Positions 1 through 10,546 are shown, counted from the first letter of the stretch. The stretch is DNA of 64,000 bases from Acidimicrobiia bacterium (GCA_965215185.1 OZ244034.1:2016001-2080000); one strand, 5' to 3'. The notes: generated by a model from the sequence alone, not told the origin. Numbers and translations: made by a program.

Positions 1-162
1 TGGCTGCGGTTCCCCACCACTGTGGGACGTCCTTGGCCTTGAGGAATAGGGCCGAGGAGCCCCCTACAACCGCAGATGCATCTTCACGCTACGATCAATC
101 TCTGGAAGCCATATACCGCAGTCGAACCGTCCCTTGTGTCAGAAATGGGTAGGGTGCCTTTG

Positions 163-855
163 ATGACAGAACCCAAAAAAACAACACCCGGCTCCGCAGA
201 CTGGAGGCAGGTGCTTAGCGCAGAGGACGCCGCCAGCCTATCGGTTTACTCCCGACAGCGGGAGCCTTGGAAAGGGGTGTCACCCACGCTCTTGGTGGTG
301 GATGTCACCGAGGCGTTCGTGGGTCCCAATCTTCCGGTCGCCGAGGCCCAGAAGACATGGCGTCAGGCGTGCGGCGACAAGGCTTGGGCGGCGGTTCCGG
401 CCATTCGTAGGTTGCTGGAGGCGTTCCGCGCCGCCAATCGGCCGGTGATTTTCACCACACCCGATGGGAGTCAACGCTGGACGGGCCCGGTTACCCGCGG
501 CACGACCACCGCCGATGTTCCCGCGGGCCGTGAGGTCATTGCGGCCGTGGCGCCCCTTGACAATGAGTGGGTGTTACGAAAGCCCAAGGCCAGCGCCTTT
601 TTCGGCACACCCCTGGTTTCCTCCCTGATCCACAGCGGATGCGACACCCTGGTGGTGGCCGGAGGTACTACCTCAGGATGTGTCCGGGCCACCGCCGTGG
701 ATGGGTCCTCCTACGGGTTTGAGATGCTGGTGGCAGAGGATGGATGCTTTGACCGGGCCACACTCAATCACCTGGTCAACCTTGCCGATCTTGACGCCAA
801 ATACGCCCGAGTGCTGCCAGCGTCTGAGATCTTGGCGCTGCTGGATTTCGAGTGA
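163..855 (+). CDS. Isochorismatase-family cysteine hydrolase (maleamate/N-carbamoylsarcosine amidase-like)
   Basis: LLVVDV, RKPKASAFFGT and GTTSGCVRATAVD motifs (Asp-Lys-Cys triad). ATG 163 chosen because TAGGGT lies 7 nt upstream. Confidence 0.85.
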   Translation: MTEPKKTTPGSADWRQVLSAEDAASLSVYSRQREPWKGVSPTLLVVDVTEAFVGPNLPVAEAQKTWRQACGDKAWAAVPAIRRLLEAFRAANRPVIFTTPDGSQRWTGPVTRGTTTADVPAGREVIAAVAPLDNEWVLRKPKASAFFGTPLVSSLIHSGCDTLVVAGGTTSGCVRATAVDGSSYGFEMLVAEDGCFDRATLNHLVNLADLDAKYARVLPASEILALLDFE

Positions 856-912
856 GGCAGACTGAATTCCCGCTGACCACAGCCTCGGCACGGTCCTTAA
901 AATCCCTCGTGA

Positions 913-1374
913 ATGGCTAAAGCTGGATCTTCGCACATCTGTCTGCCTGGGAAGGGTCTGGCGCGGGTACTGCTTGCTCTTTTGATACTGGCGGGCTTCG
1001 TTCTGGCCGCCTGCTCGGAGACAGGCAGCGCCGCATGCCCGGAGGACAGCGACCCCTTTGTCAAATACGAGTTGTTCATGGGCCGCAGCACCACCGATGG
1101 CGACGTCGTGGATGACGAGGACTGGGACAGCTTCCTCGCCGAAACCGTGACGCCGCGGTTTCCCGATGGGCTGACGGTGCTCGATGCGCAAGGTCAATGG
1201 CGCGATTCCGAGGGGCGGATCCTCAGGGAGCAGTCCACCATCCTCGTGATCCTGGCCCCGCCGGGTGACGAAGGACTGCGGCTTATCGACGAGATCTCAG
1301 ATGAATACAAGGTGCGCTTCAAACAGGAGTCTGTGCTCCAAGTTATGGGAGAACCCTGCGTCTCGTTTTCCTGA
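913..1374 (+). CDS. DUF3574-family lipoprotein
   Basis: Lipobox LAAC; ELFMGR...FLAETVTPRFPDGLTVLDAQGQWR...FKQESVL pattern typical of DUF3574. Confidence 0.8.
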   Translation: MAKAGSSHICLPGKGLARVLLALLILAGFVLAACSETGSAACPEDSDPFVKYELFMGRSTTDGDVVDDEDWDSFLAETVTPRFPDGLTVLDAQGQWRDSEGRILREQSTILVILAPPGDEGLRLIDEISDEYKVRFKQESVLQVMGEPCVSFS

Positions 1375-1512
1375 CCGACCCCCGGGTCTCTTGGCTTTTG
1401 GACCGGTTCCTACGCCAAGGCTGTGGAACCCTTTGACTTTGCAGTCCATAGTTTTACCTAAGGGTTGAGCCTGTAGCAGCCCGCCTAATAGGCAACATCG
1501 CCTCTATTTAGG

Positions 1513-2424
1513 GTGTACTACGTTACGCTGGCCAAACGCGGTATACGTTTCGGCTCCGACTTGATCTCACTGATTCGCCCTGCTCACCTCTTGGACGACC
1601 TCCGGTCACTGGAGGCCGTACTCGGTCCGCGGGCAGCCGCGGTGAACCGCAGACTCGAATTCCCTGTTCTGTTCTCAGCCTTGCTGGTGCTGCCGTTATT
1701 CCTGATCGAGTTGATAGTTCCGCAAGGGTGGTCGCATCCGGCGGCGGTGATCATCAACTGGGTCATATGGACGGCATTCGCTCTGGAGTTCACCTTGCTG
1801 ATCTCCCTCACCGAGCATCGTTTGGCCTACATTCGGAAAGACTGGCTGCATACGGCGGTGATTCCATTCGCCTTCCCCCTTGTGCCCCACATCTTTTCCG
1901 ATACAGATTTGGAGGGAGTGGTCCGCACCCTACGGTTCATTCTGCTGCTGGCGGTGCTCGCCCACAGCTGCTGGGTTCTCTACCAACTCCTGGTTCACAC
2001 GTTTTTTGAGCTTCTAGCCATCGCCCGCCATCCATGGTTGTTTCTGCTCGGCCCTTTGTTGAGAAAACGCGGTCTGGGAATCGTAGTGCTTCTCTTTGGT
2101 GGGTTGGCGGTGGCGTCGGGACTCCTGCACGCCTTTTTCGAAAAACATAGCGTTATCGAAGGCCTTTGGTGGTCCCTGGTGACCTTGACGACGGTGGGGT
2201 ACGGCGATATCTCACCGGTAACACTGGGGGGCCGGATTACCGGGGCGGCGCTAATGCTGTCCGGTATCGGAGTGCTCGCCTTCACAACGGCCAATATCGC
2301 TGCCTTCTTCGTGGAGGGCGACTACGAGAAGGACCTTCACCGGGAAGTTCGATCCGTCAACGAACGGCTGGATCGTATAGAAGCGCTCCTGATTTCCCGA
2401 ATTCCACCTGCGAGCGAGGATTGA
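1513..2424 (+). CDS. Potassium channel family protein (6TM/ion transporter)
   Basis: Selectivity filter TTVGYGD after pore helix LWWSLVT; several N-terminal TM helices; C-terminal coiled coil. Start uncertain. Confidence 0.85.
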   Translation: MYYVTLAKRGIRFGSDLISLIRPAHLLDDLRSLEAVLGPRAAAVNRRLEFPVLFSALLVLPLFLIELIVPQGWSHPAAVIINWVIWTAFALEFTLLISLTEHRLAYIRKDWLHTAVIPFAFPLVPHIFSDTDLEGVVRTLRFILLLAVLAHSCWVLYQLLVHTFFELLAIARHPWLFLLGPLLRKRGLGIVVLLFGGLAVASGLLHAFFEKHSVIEGLWWSLVTLTTVGYGDISPVTLGGRITGAALMLSGIGVLAFTTANIAAFFVEGDYEKDLHREVRSVNERLDRIEALLISRIPPASED

Positions 2425-2432
2425 CTTCCTGG

Positions 2433-3584
2433 CTAAATCTTGGTGAGCACCTCTCGAGGGTTGTCCACAAAAATCCGGTGGATTAGCTCTTCCTCAAAGC
2501 CCTTGTAGCGCATCAGGTTCCTCACCGTTTCCGGAAGATGACGCCAGCCGTGGCCGCCGTAGCGCCGTAGCCAATGTTTGAGAGCTATGTCGGAGGAGAC
2601 CAGCACTCGATCGGGATATCCGGCGTCTGCCACATGCTTTAGCCAATTGAGCCGGATGGCGTCGTTGGGCTGGTCGACGGGTGTGCGCTGCCGGAACGAT
2701 CCTTCCCAGCCGAAGCAATCGAAGGCCAGGTAGACACCGGTCTTCGCCAACTCCAAGAGCGGTCCGCTGTCGAAGACGTTGGTGCCAGCTGAGGTGTTGA
2801 ACCGGCTGTCGCAGTGGTCGATGACGGTGCGACTCAAGTCACCTCCCGCTTCGTCGACCACCCTGACTATGTCGAAGGGCGATTGGGGATTGAACCCGGG
2901 ATGCACCGACAGCGACACCCCGGTGGCAACCGACGCCTTGGCCGAGGCTCGCAGCACCTTCTCTTCGTTGGGGTGCATGGGGTAGTCCATCCCCACCTCC
3001 CCGATGATCCCCGCCTTCACTCCCCCGGCCACACCCACCTCGATATCTCCCACCATCAACTCCACCAACTGTTCCTCGGAAAGGTCGTCCATGTCGGCGG
3101 GGTGATAGTCGGCCAAATACCAGGAGGTGGACATGACGATGTGCACGCCGGTGGCCCGGGAAATCTCCACCAGACCCAGGGGATCGCGTCCCATTCCCCG
3201 GGTGGTCTGGTCGACGATGGTCGATCCCCCCACCCGGCGGAACTGGTTGAACTCATAAATGGCGTCATCAATGGAGTCGAGTTTCTGATCGCCGTAGTAG
3301 ACCCAATGCTTCTGGCGGTCGTTGAGGTTCTCCAAGGTGACGGGCTGTCCCCACTTGGCGCCCCAGGTGGCGGCCGTCCCCGGACCCTGCTGTCCCGGTT
3401 CCCAGCCCGCTTCGGGCCGGCGCATGATCGGCACGTACTTCTTGGCGCCGGTCTTGTACTGTTCAACTCCGGTGACCCCCTTGGTGAGATCCAAAAGCAC
3501 ATGCTCGTGGATGAGGGAGACCCCCGCGTCTTCGGGAGCGATGGGGCCGAGAACCGTTTGAATGTAGCCGCGATCCGACGACAT
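2433..3584 (-). CDS. Phosphotriesterase-related amidohydrolase (PTE/PTER/Php family)
   Basis: IQTVLGPI, IHEHV, GIIGEVG, SVHPG, DHCD and VSSD metal-site motifs. ATG at 3584 overlaps the upstream stop (TGATG). Confidence 0.85.
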   Translation of the reverse strand: MSSDRGYIQTVLGPIAPEDAGVSLIHEHVLLDLTKGVTGVEQYKTGAKKYVPIMRRPEAGWEPGQQGPGTAATWGAKWGQPVTLENLNDRQKHWVYYGDQKLDSIDDAIYEFNQFRRVGGSTIVDQTTRGMGRDPLGLVEISRATGVHIVMSTSWYLADYHPADMDDLSEEQLVELMVGDIEVGVAGGVKAGIIGEVGMDYPMHPNEEKVLRASAKASVATGVSLSVHPGFNPQSPFDIVRVVDEAGGDLSRTVIDHCDSRFNTSAGTNVFDSGPLLELAKTGVYLAFDCFGWEGSFRQRTPVDQPNDAIRLNWLKHVADAGYPDRVLVSSDIALKHWLRRYGGHGWRHLPETVRNLMRYKGFEEELIHRIFVDNPREVLTKI

Positions 3585-4528
3585 CACAGCACCGCCATGG
3601 GCGTAACCAGGGATCCGGTTCCTTTGGGCAGGTTGAGCGGGTTGACCGTGAACAGGAATGTGTCCCGGCCGGTGCGGGCGCATTCGGCGCCCAGGGCTTC
3701 CAGGTCCATATTGTGAATGAGCGGCAATCCGTAGAACACCTCCGCCAGAACGTGAACCGGACTGCGACAGTAAGCCTCATGGCGATGCGGAAAGGTGTCA
3801 GCCGGCGAGTCGGTGGCCACCAGGCTCACATCCCGGGTTGCCAGGAGATCGATGCAGTCGGTGTCGAGGCCGGCCCAGGTGCCGTGATGCCAGGTGCCGT
3901 GCTCGCTATCTCCGGTGGCCGCCTTTCCCACCCTGATGGTCCCGCCGATGCGGATCACCACCACGTCGCCAGGCTCGATCCTCTCCAACGCGTACTCCAG
4001 GTCTCCGGGCCACACCGAATCTCCCGGATCCAAGGCCTCCACACCACGACGGCCGGCAACATCTATGAACACGGCGCGGGTAGCAATGGCCGCCAGAGGA
4101 GTGACGTCCATTTCCGTCTTCTTGACCCCTTCCGACATGGTGACCACATCCGGAAAGTAATGGCCGTTGAAAGTGCGCCCCCGATATCCCATATGGGCTA
4201 GGGCGTCGATGTGGGTGTGGGTCATCCCGTGCACCCGGGTGGAGAGTCGATCGGCGGCGGACTGGGTGAGGTCTCCCTCCTCATAACCTCCCTCGTCGGC
4301 CTTGATAATCTCGTGCACTACGAACGGATCGACGAAACGCTGGTGTGTCTCCTTCAGATCTAGCGGCCGGGAGAGGGGAAGGGTTTTCCCACTTTGCACC
4401 GCCGCGGCACCGCGCAGGGTAGCCTCGGAGGTTAGCAGGTTGAGAGTCCCCAGGTCGTTGGGCCACCGGCCCCAGTTCCCAGAGTGCCCGGGCCACCGGT
4501 CGGCGGGCCATTCCTTCATCACGTCCAT
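3584..4528 (-). CDS. Cyclase-family (kynurenine formamidase-like) metal-dependent hydrolase
   Basis: NWGRW..D.LGTLNLL N-terminus, THTHIDALAH motif, C-terminal PLNLPKGTGSLVTP. Confidence 0.85.
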   Translation of the reverse strand: MDVMKEWPADRWPGHSGNWGRWPNDLGTLNLLTSEATLRGAAAVQSGKTLPLSRPLDLKETHQRFVDPFVVHEIIKADEGGYEEGDLTQSAADRLSTRVHGMTHTHIDALAHMGYRGRTFNGHYFPDVVTMSEGVKKTEMDVTPLAAIATRAVFIDVAGRRGVEALDPGDSVWPGDLEYALERIEPGDVVVIRIGGTIRVGKAATGDSEHGTWHHGTWAGLDTDCIDLLATRDVSLVATDSPADTFPHRHEAYCRSPVHVLAEVFYGLPLIHNMDLEALGAECARTGRDTFLFTVNPLNLPKGTGSLVTPMAVL

Positions 4529-4535
4529 ATATGTA

Positions 4536-5192
4536 TCAACCTCCTAAAGGGGAATTGGTGAGTGGCGGCCCGTCGAATGACTCGTGGCGGGCAAAGCTTT
4601 CCACCCTATTGCGAGAGAGTCGGGTGGCCTTCCATTCCGGATACCCGATGGTCATCACCGCCGCCACCCCATAGCCTTCGGGAACCGACATCAACTCCGC
4701 CCACTCCGGCTCGGCGGCTACTGCCAGTGCGGTGATCCGAGATCCCACTCCCCGCACGGAAAGGGCCAGTTGAAGATTCTGTACAAAGGGGTATATCGAT
4801 CCGCCGCCTACAAAGCTCACTCGATCCAGGTTGCGGTCGGTGAGCGCCAGCGACCCCAGGTGAGCCCAGATGAACAGATGCACCGGCACCTGGTGCAAAT
4901 TGGCATGATATTCGGTGCCCTCCCGCAGCTTCTTGGCCTTGTCCGCGGTCATTTCCTCGGGAGGGGGATACCACTTGGCGGTGTAGGCCTTCCACTCCCG
5001 GGTACTGATCTCGCTCACCTTTTTTCGCAGGTCGAGGTCCCGCACCACCACCACCCGCCACGGCTGGCGGTTGCCGCCACTGGGCGCAAAACGGGCGTCG
5101 TCCAGCGCCCCGTATATCACCTCATCAGGCACATCCTGGGGCAGATAGCGCCGCACTCCCGACATGGTGCGCATCACCGCCGACAACTCCAC
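4536..5192 (-). CDS. Nitroreductase family protein (FMN-dependent)
   Basis: VRRY, ARFAPSGGNRQPWRVVVV, GGSIYPFVQNL.LA...GVGS and IGYP motifs. Confidence 0.85.
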   Translation of the reverse strand: MELSAVMRTMSGVRRYLPQDVPDEVIYGALDDARFAPSGGNRQPWRVVVVRDLDLRKKVSEISTREWKAYTAKWYPPPEEMTADKAKKLREGTEYHANLHQVPVHLFIWAHLGSLALTDRNLDRVSFVGGGSIYPFVQNLQLALSVRGVGSRITALAVAAEPEWAELMSVPEGYGVAAVMTIGYPEWKATRLSRNRVESFARHESFDGPPLTNSPLGG

Positions 5193-5443
5193 TTTTGTAA
5201 TTCCTATCTGTTGACTGGTACCGGTTCGACTCTATGAGACTATCACCACTACCCCGGCCATCGCCGGCAGGGAAGCCTTTCGGTCAGGCCGGTGGGGCGG
5301 CGGCGACCCGCCCTTCCAGGTCATGGAGAACACCCATCCGCTTATCTTCCCGGCTGCCTCGACCATACCCGCAGCCGCTAATATGACAAACCACGGTAGG
5401 TCTAATAAAATAAACACATTCGCTGTTTTCTAAACGGAAGGAA

Positions 5444-6466
5444 GTGACGGTGTTTTCCACATCCACCCCCAATCGAACTATTCGTCTCTTGTTGCCGTTA
5501 GCCGCGGTATTGGGTCTTGCGATCGGGGCCTGTGGAGGCGGGAGCGACCCGGTGCTGATCTATTCGGGCCGAAGTGAAGAGTTGGTCGGTCCACTGATCG
5601 AAGAGTTCCGTGAGTCAAGCGGCTTGGAAGTGGAAGTCAGATACGCAGGAAGTACAGAGTTGGCCTCCACCCTGTTGGAAGAAGGATCCTCCACCGATGC
5701 AGACGTGTTCCTCGCCCAGGATCCCGCCTCCCTCGGACTGGTTGCCCCACTGATGGCAGCCCTTCCCTCCGAGGTCGTTTCCGCGGTGCCTCCCCGGTTC
5801 CGTGACCGTGCCCATCGCTGGGTAGGGATCTCGGGACGGATAAGGGCGATCGTCTATGACCGGGATCAGGTCCAGGTGAGCGAACTTCCTCACAGTATCG
5901 ACGATCTGCTCAACCCCCGCTGGTCAAACATAATCGGGGTGGCCCCCACCAACGGCTCCTTCCTGGCATTCGTAGCGGCGATGATCCTCGACCGCGGCGA
6001 GAGCGCGACCCTGGAGTGGTTGGAGGCCCTGGCCGCCTTGGATCCCCTGGACTTTCCCAATAACTCCTCTATCGTGGCTGCGGCCGATGCCGGAGAAGTC
6101 GGGCTGGGGCTGGTGAACCACTATTACCTGTTGCGTTTGCAGGCTGAAGGAGGGGGAAAGCGGGCGGCCAATCACTTCCTCTCGGCCGGCGATCCGGGAA
6201 GCCTGGTCATGCCTTCGGGAGTGTCAGTGCTGGCCAACTCGGAACAGTCTGAAGACGCCCATAGCTTCGTGGAGTTCCTGCTGTCGGAAACCAGCCAGCG
6301 ATACTTCGCCGAGCAGACCTACGAGTATCCCCTGGCGGCAGGAGCGAAGCCAGCGGCCAGCCTCCCGCCCATCGACTCCATTCCCACCCCGGATATCGAT
6401 CTCTCCGACCTGCACTCAGCTCTGGAACGGGCTACCGAGTTGGTCGCCGAGGCGGGGCTCCTGTAA
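5444..6466 (+). CDS. Fe3+ ABC transporter substrate-binding lipoprotein (FbpA/FutA/AfuA family)
   Basis: Lipobox AIGAC, IYSGR, NHYY iron-ligand motif, YEYPL. Confidence 0.85.
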   Translation: MTVFSTSTPNRTIRLLLPLAAVLGLAIGACGGGSDPVLIYSGRSEELVGPLIEEFRESSGLEVEVRYAGSTELASTLLEEGSSTDADVFLAQDPASLGLVAPLMAALPSEVVSAVPPRFRDRAHRWVGISGRIRAIVYDRDQVQVSELPHSIDDLLNPRWSNIIGVAPTNGSFLAFVAAMILDRGESATLEWLEALAALDPLDFPNNSSIVAAADAGEVGLGLVNHYYLLRLQAEGGGKRAANHFLSAGDPGSLVMPSGVSVLANSEQSEDAHSFVEFLLSETSQRYFAEQTYEYPLAAGAKPAASLPPIDSIPTPDIDLSDLHSALERATELVAEAGLL

Positions 6467-6478
6467 GTCGCCGTAACA

Positions 6479-8065
6479 ATGATGGGGGTAGCGCGGCCGA
6501 TCTCACGGCTCAAAGCGCTACCCCCAAACACTTGGTGGTGGGTGCTGGCCGGGGTGGTGATGCTGCCTGCCGCCGCGCCTCTGGGGGCTCTTGCATACGG
6601 GCTGGTGAGCGGGGTGGTCACCACCGTGCCCGTCGGGCGCCTATTGGAGTTGGCAGCCAACACCGGCGCGCTGAGCGGGGCCGTCACCTTGACCTCTTCA
6701 CTGATCGGCGGGGCCAGCGCCTGGCTGGTGTCCAGAACGGACCTGCCCGGAAAGGGACTGGCCACCGTTCTGATCATCATCCCCTTCGCAGTCCCCTCGT
6801 TCGTGGGCGCCCTCACCCTGCTCGGGGCCACCGGCGCCGACGGAGTGCTCTCGGCGGTCTCCGTGTGGATGGGCGGGGACATCATCGGCTATCCCTCCGG
6901 GTTCTGGGCGGCCTGGTTGGTGCTCACCCTCATCTCCGTTCCACTGGTGCACCTGGTCGTGGCGCCGGCCATGCGGTCTCTCAATCCCAGCCTGGAAGAA
7001 GCTGCCCGTGGATTGGGCGCCGGACGCATGAAGGTGTTCTGGAAAGTCACCCTTCCCCAACTGCGACCCGCCTTGACAGCCGGGGCTCTCTTGGTTGGGC
7101 TCTATACCCTGTCGGATTTCGGCGCGGTCTCCCTGCTTCGCTACGACACTTTCACACGCGCCATCTATCTGGAATACGCCGGACGCATTGATCGGCGACC
7201 TGCCCTGGGCCTGGCGGCAGTGCTCGCCGCGGCAGCGGTACTCATCGTCTGGATAGAGCGAAGCACCCGCGCCCGGGGAGTGTGGTTCACGGCCAGGCCC
7301 CGACGTACCGCGGCAACGGTCCGATTAGGCCGAGCGGGAAAGGTGATCGGGTGGGGGTTTCTGGGGGGCGTGGTGACCCTGTCCCTGCTGGTTCCGATAG
7401 TGGTGCTCACAGCCTGGATGGTGAGGGGTTTGGTATCCGGTGCCCTGGCCGGGGCGCCCTGGGCAGAGATGGGTCGTTCGATTTGGGTGGCGCTGCTGAC
7501 GGCAGTGGCGGCAGCCGTCATGGTAATCCCGGTGTCGATGGTCACCACTCGATATCGCAACCGTTGGGCAGGCCTCTTGGAAGGTGGGGCTTGGTCACTC
7601 TACGGCGTCCCACACATAGCGGTGGGAATGGCGATGATCGTTTTCTCTCTACGGATGGCCCGACCCCTTTATCAAACTCTCGTGCTGCTGATAGGCGTCT
7701 ACGTGATCATGTTCCTGCCACAGATCCTGGGACCCACCCGGGACTCTTTGGGAAGGGTGTCACCTTCCATGGAGGAAGCATCTCGCAGTCTGGGAAAGTC
7801 ACCGTCACGCACCTTCATGAGCGTCACCCTACCCCTCATGGCGCCCGGGTTGTTATCAGGCGCCGCGCTGGTCTTTCTGACTACCCTGCGGGAACTCCCC
7901 GCCACCCTGCTACTGCGTCCGGCCGGTTTCGAGACTCTGGCCATCCGGGTTTGGAGCGCAACCGGTGAAGGCTTTTACACTCAGGGTGCATTGGCCGGTC
8001 TGCTCTTGCTCTTGGTAGCGTCCCTTCCCCTGGCCATCGTCACACGCCATGAACTCATCCGCTAG
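6479..8065 (+). CDS. Fe3+ ABC transporter permease (duplicated)
   Basis: Two EAA motifs (LEEAARGLG, MEEASRSLG), SDFGAV and RELPATLLLRP motifs. Confidence 0.9.
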   Translation: MMGVARPISRLKALPPNTWWWVLAGVVMLPAAAPLGALAYGLVSGVVTTVPVGRLLELAANTGALSGAVTLTSSLIGGASAWLVSRTDLPGKGLATVLIIIPFAVPSFVGALTLLGATGADGVLSAVSVWMGGDIIGYPSGFWAAWLVLTLISVPLVHLVVAPAMRSLNPSLEEAARGLGAGRMKVFWKVTLPQLRPALTAGALLVGLYTLSDFGAVSLLRYDTFTRAIYLEYAGRIDRRPALGLAAVLAAAAVLIVWIERSTRARGVWFTARPRRTAATVRLGRAGKVIGWGFLGGVVTLSLLVPIVVLTAWMVRGLVSGALAGAPWAEMGRSIWVALLTAVAAAVMVIPVSMVTTRYRNRWAGLLEGGAWSLYGVPHIAVGMAMIVFSLRMARPLYQTLVLLIGVYVIMFLPQILGPTRDSLGRVSPSMEEASRSLGKSPSRTFMSVTLPLMAPGLLSGAALVFLTTLRELPATLLLRPAGFETLAIRVWSATGEGFYTQGALAGLLLLLVASLPLAIVTRHELIR

Positions 8066-9146
8066 CCACCGCCCCCTCTCCGCCCATGCTCTGCACAAGA
8101 GCTTTTCGGGCACCGTTGCCTTGGACGGCTTCACCCTGGAAGTGGAGAGCGGCGCCCTTCTGACCGTATTGGGGCCCTCGGGAGTGGGCAAGACCACAGC
8201 TTTGCGGATTCTGGCCGGCTTCGAACGGCCGGACTCGGGAACGGTAAGGGTCAACGGGCAAACCGTCAACGGTCCCAACATTTTCATACCTCCCGAGCGG
8301 CGCCAAGTGGGAATGGTTTTTCAGGACTATGCACTGTTCCCTCATCTCAATGTGGCTCGGAATGTGGCGTTCGGACTTGGCGCCGAGGGGCGTTCCCGCC
8401 GGGTGTCAGAAGTGCTGGAAATGGTGAGATTGGCCGGTTTGGAGAACCGAATGCCACATGCACTCTCCGCCGGTCAGCAACAGCGAGTGGCTCTGGCAAG
8501 GGCGTTGGCGCCCCGCCCCCAGGTGATATTGGCAGATGAACCCTTTTCCAACCTGGATGCGGCTCTGCGCAAACGGCTGCGAGCCGAGGTCAGGTCGATA
8601 CTCCACGATGCCGAGACCACCGCCATCATGGTCACCCACGATCAGGAGGAGGCTCTGGCCGTCAGCGACCGGCTGGCTCTGATGAATGACGGCAAGGTGG
8701 TACAGACCGGACCCCCCGACTACGTCTATCGAAACCCCGCCACATCCTGGGTGGCCGAATTCCTGGGCGACGCCGACTTCTTCGAAGCCGAGGCCCGATC
8801 TGGGAGAATCACCACCCCATTCGGCACCTTTCCCACCACCCGCTCTGGTTCGGTGAAGGTGATGGTCCGCCCGGAGTCGGTCACTGTCTTTCCCCATGCC
8901 CAGGGAACCGCGGTGATTGTCTACCGGGAATTCTTCGGACACGACCAACTGCTATCGGTGAAGCTGCCGGGAGACATCACTCTCCGAGCCCGCTGCTGGC
9001 CCCAGCCGGCCCTTGCCCCCGGCGACCGGGTGGCAGTGTCGGTGGACGGCATCCACATCTTCGACGAACCCCGAGAGTTTCCTGCCCCACCGGAGAGTCC
9101 ACCATCAGGCACTCCCCTCCCCCAGCGGGTGGTCATTCCTCGGTAA
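8049..9146 (+). CDS. Fe3+ ABC transporter ATP-binding protein
   Basis: GPSGVGKT Walker A, LSAGQQQR signature, LADEP Walker B, VTHD, C-terminal TOBE-like region. Confidence 0.9.
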   Translation: MNSSASHRPLSAHALHKSFSGTVALDGFTLEVESGALLTVLGPSGVGKTTALRILAGFERPDSGTVRVNGQTVNGPNIFIPPERRQVGMVFQDYALFPHLNVARNVAFGLGAEGRSRRVSEVLEMVRLAGLENRMPHALSAGQQQRVALARALAPRPQVILADEPFSNLDAALRKRLRAEVRSILHDAETTAIMVTHDQEEALAVSDRLALMNDGKVVQTGPPDYVYRNPATSWVAEFLGDADFFEAEARSGRITTPFGTFPTTRSGSVKVMVRPESVTVFPHAQGTAVIVYREFFGHDQLLSVKLPGDITLRARCWPQPALAPGDRVAVSVDGIHIFDEPREFPAPPESPPSGTPLPQRVVIPR

Positions 9147-9194
9147 TAGTCATTCGTTACTACTGACAACCAAGGAGGTCTTGGACACTCATGC

Positions 9195-10541
9195 TCAGTC
9201 CCCCACCGATGGGCCTAAGAAGTCCTCCAATCTCTCCGTTGCTAAGAAGTAACGATGTTGCTTGCCTACCTTGCGACGTCTTAGCAGTCCCGTTTCATAT
9301 AACTCCATCATGTCGCTATGGGCAGTGGGGTAGGTGATCCCATGTCTAGTCTGCTGCCACTGAATGGTGTAGAAAGCATCCCGGTGTCGCAATGCGTGGC
9401 TCAATAAGGCAATCTGCCGATGGTTGAGATTCGAGTCACCACGGAGTGCCTGCTCAACCTGTCTCAACTCGGCGGCCTCGTCATCTATGTAGCTCCATAG
9501 CTCCACAACCGAACGGCGCAGAACATCAAGTTGGTGAAGTAGGAAGTACGTGAAGTCTCCACCATCAGTTTCTGTGAAGAGCAAGGCCCTTCCGTATTGT
9601 GCAGGGGCTTGGCGAAGTAGCCGAGAGATGGAGATGTACTCAGCCAACCAGTACCCCTGACGTAACAAAGACCGGTAAAACAAGGCCCGAGCTGTCCTGC
9701 CGTTTCCTTCTACAAAGGGATGAATGTATGCCAGATAGAAGTGCAGGGCGATGGCCCGCACCAAAGGATGCACAAATGGCTCAGACCCCACGTCGTTAGC
9801 GAAGGCCACTAGCGATTCCATCCGCGAGGGAAGTTCATCGGCAGGAGGCGGCACATGAAATGTGCGATCCTCGGTAGGATGGCCAACAACAACCCGCTCC
9901 TCACCGGGCCCTTGCATGCGACCTGCATCCTCTGGGCGTTTTAGGATCCCTTCAGTGACCGTCCGGTGAATTTCCAACACCTTCTCCGGCGTTAGACGAT
10001 CCTGATAATCCTTGCTGATGCGCTGCATGGTCAGGTAGTTGTTAACCACCATCCGTTCAGCTTCCGTCCGAGGAGATCTGCCTGAGTGAAGTAGCTGCTT
10101 TGCTTCATGACGGGTGGTGGCAGCACCCTCAAGCAGGCTTGATGCAATGGCTTCCTCCATCAAGCCCGATACGACATAGCGATATCGATCCCTAGGGCTT
10201 ATGCCTTTTTCGGCGAAACCCATTCTCCCAGCGGCCTGCTGTTCAATCTGATGCATCAAAGAAAGCGCTTCATCGGTCAGGATGTAGGTGAAAGGCTTCC
10301 CATCAACATCATTAAACGGCAACGCCCGTCGGCCCTGCCCCCGCGCCCATTTGACACCGAGCCACCACTGCTCCTTTGATAACCCCTCAGGAGGAGGGCG
10401 GTGCCGAAGTTGCTCCCAATGCAAATAGCGACCACCCACGGCTGGACCAATCTGACCGGAAACGATCGCTGCCGGTATCCGATCTCCAACGAACTTGTCG
10501 AAAAGCTCACTGATTTGAGGGGCTGGCGGTGGTCTTTTCAT
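9195..10541 (-). CDS. Fic family protein with class II inhibitory motif and C-terminal winged HTH
   Basis: HPFVEGNGRTAR catalytic motif; SSLLEG matches (S/T)xxxE(G/N); HTH-like tail (LNHRQ...TAHSDMMELYETGLL). Confidence 0.9.
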   Translation of the reverse strand: MKRPPPAPQISELFDKFVGDRIPAAIVSGQIGPAVGGRYLHWEQLRHRPPPEGLSKEQWWLGVKWARGQGRRALPFNDVDGKPFTYILTDEALSLMHQIEQQAAGRMGFAEKGISPRDRYRYVVSGLMEEAIASSLLEGAATTRHEAKQLLHSGRSPRTEAERMVVNNYLTMQRISKDYQDRLTPEKVLEIHRTVTEGILKRPEDAGRMQGPGEERVVVGHPTEDRTFHVPPPADELPSRMESLVAFANDVGSEPFVHPLVRAIALHFYLAYIHPFVEGNGRTARALFYRSLLRQGYWLAEYISISRLLRQAPAQYGRALLFTETDGGDFTYFLLHQLDVLRRSVVELWSYIDDEAAELRQVEQALRGDSNLNHRQIALLSHALRHRDAFYTIQWQQTRHGITYPTAHSDMMELYETGLLRRRKVGKQHRYFLATERLEDFLGPSVGD

Positions 10542-10546
10542 ACAGA

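Noticed and set aside
137-155. PafBC-like motif before the isochorismatase (TGTCAG...TAGGGT)
   Set aside because: Spacing is 7 nt rather than 10.
5380-5443. IdeR/Fur-type iron box upstream of the Fe3+ ABC transporter
   Set aside because: The region is AT-rich, but I found no adequate match to the IdeR 19-bp palindrome or a Fur box.
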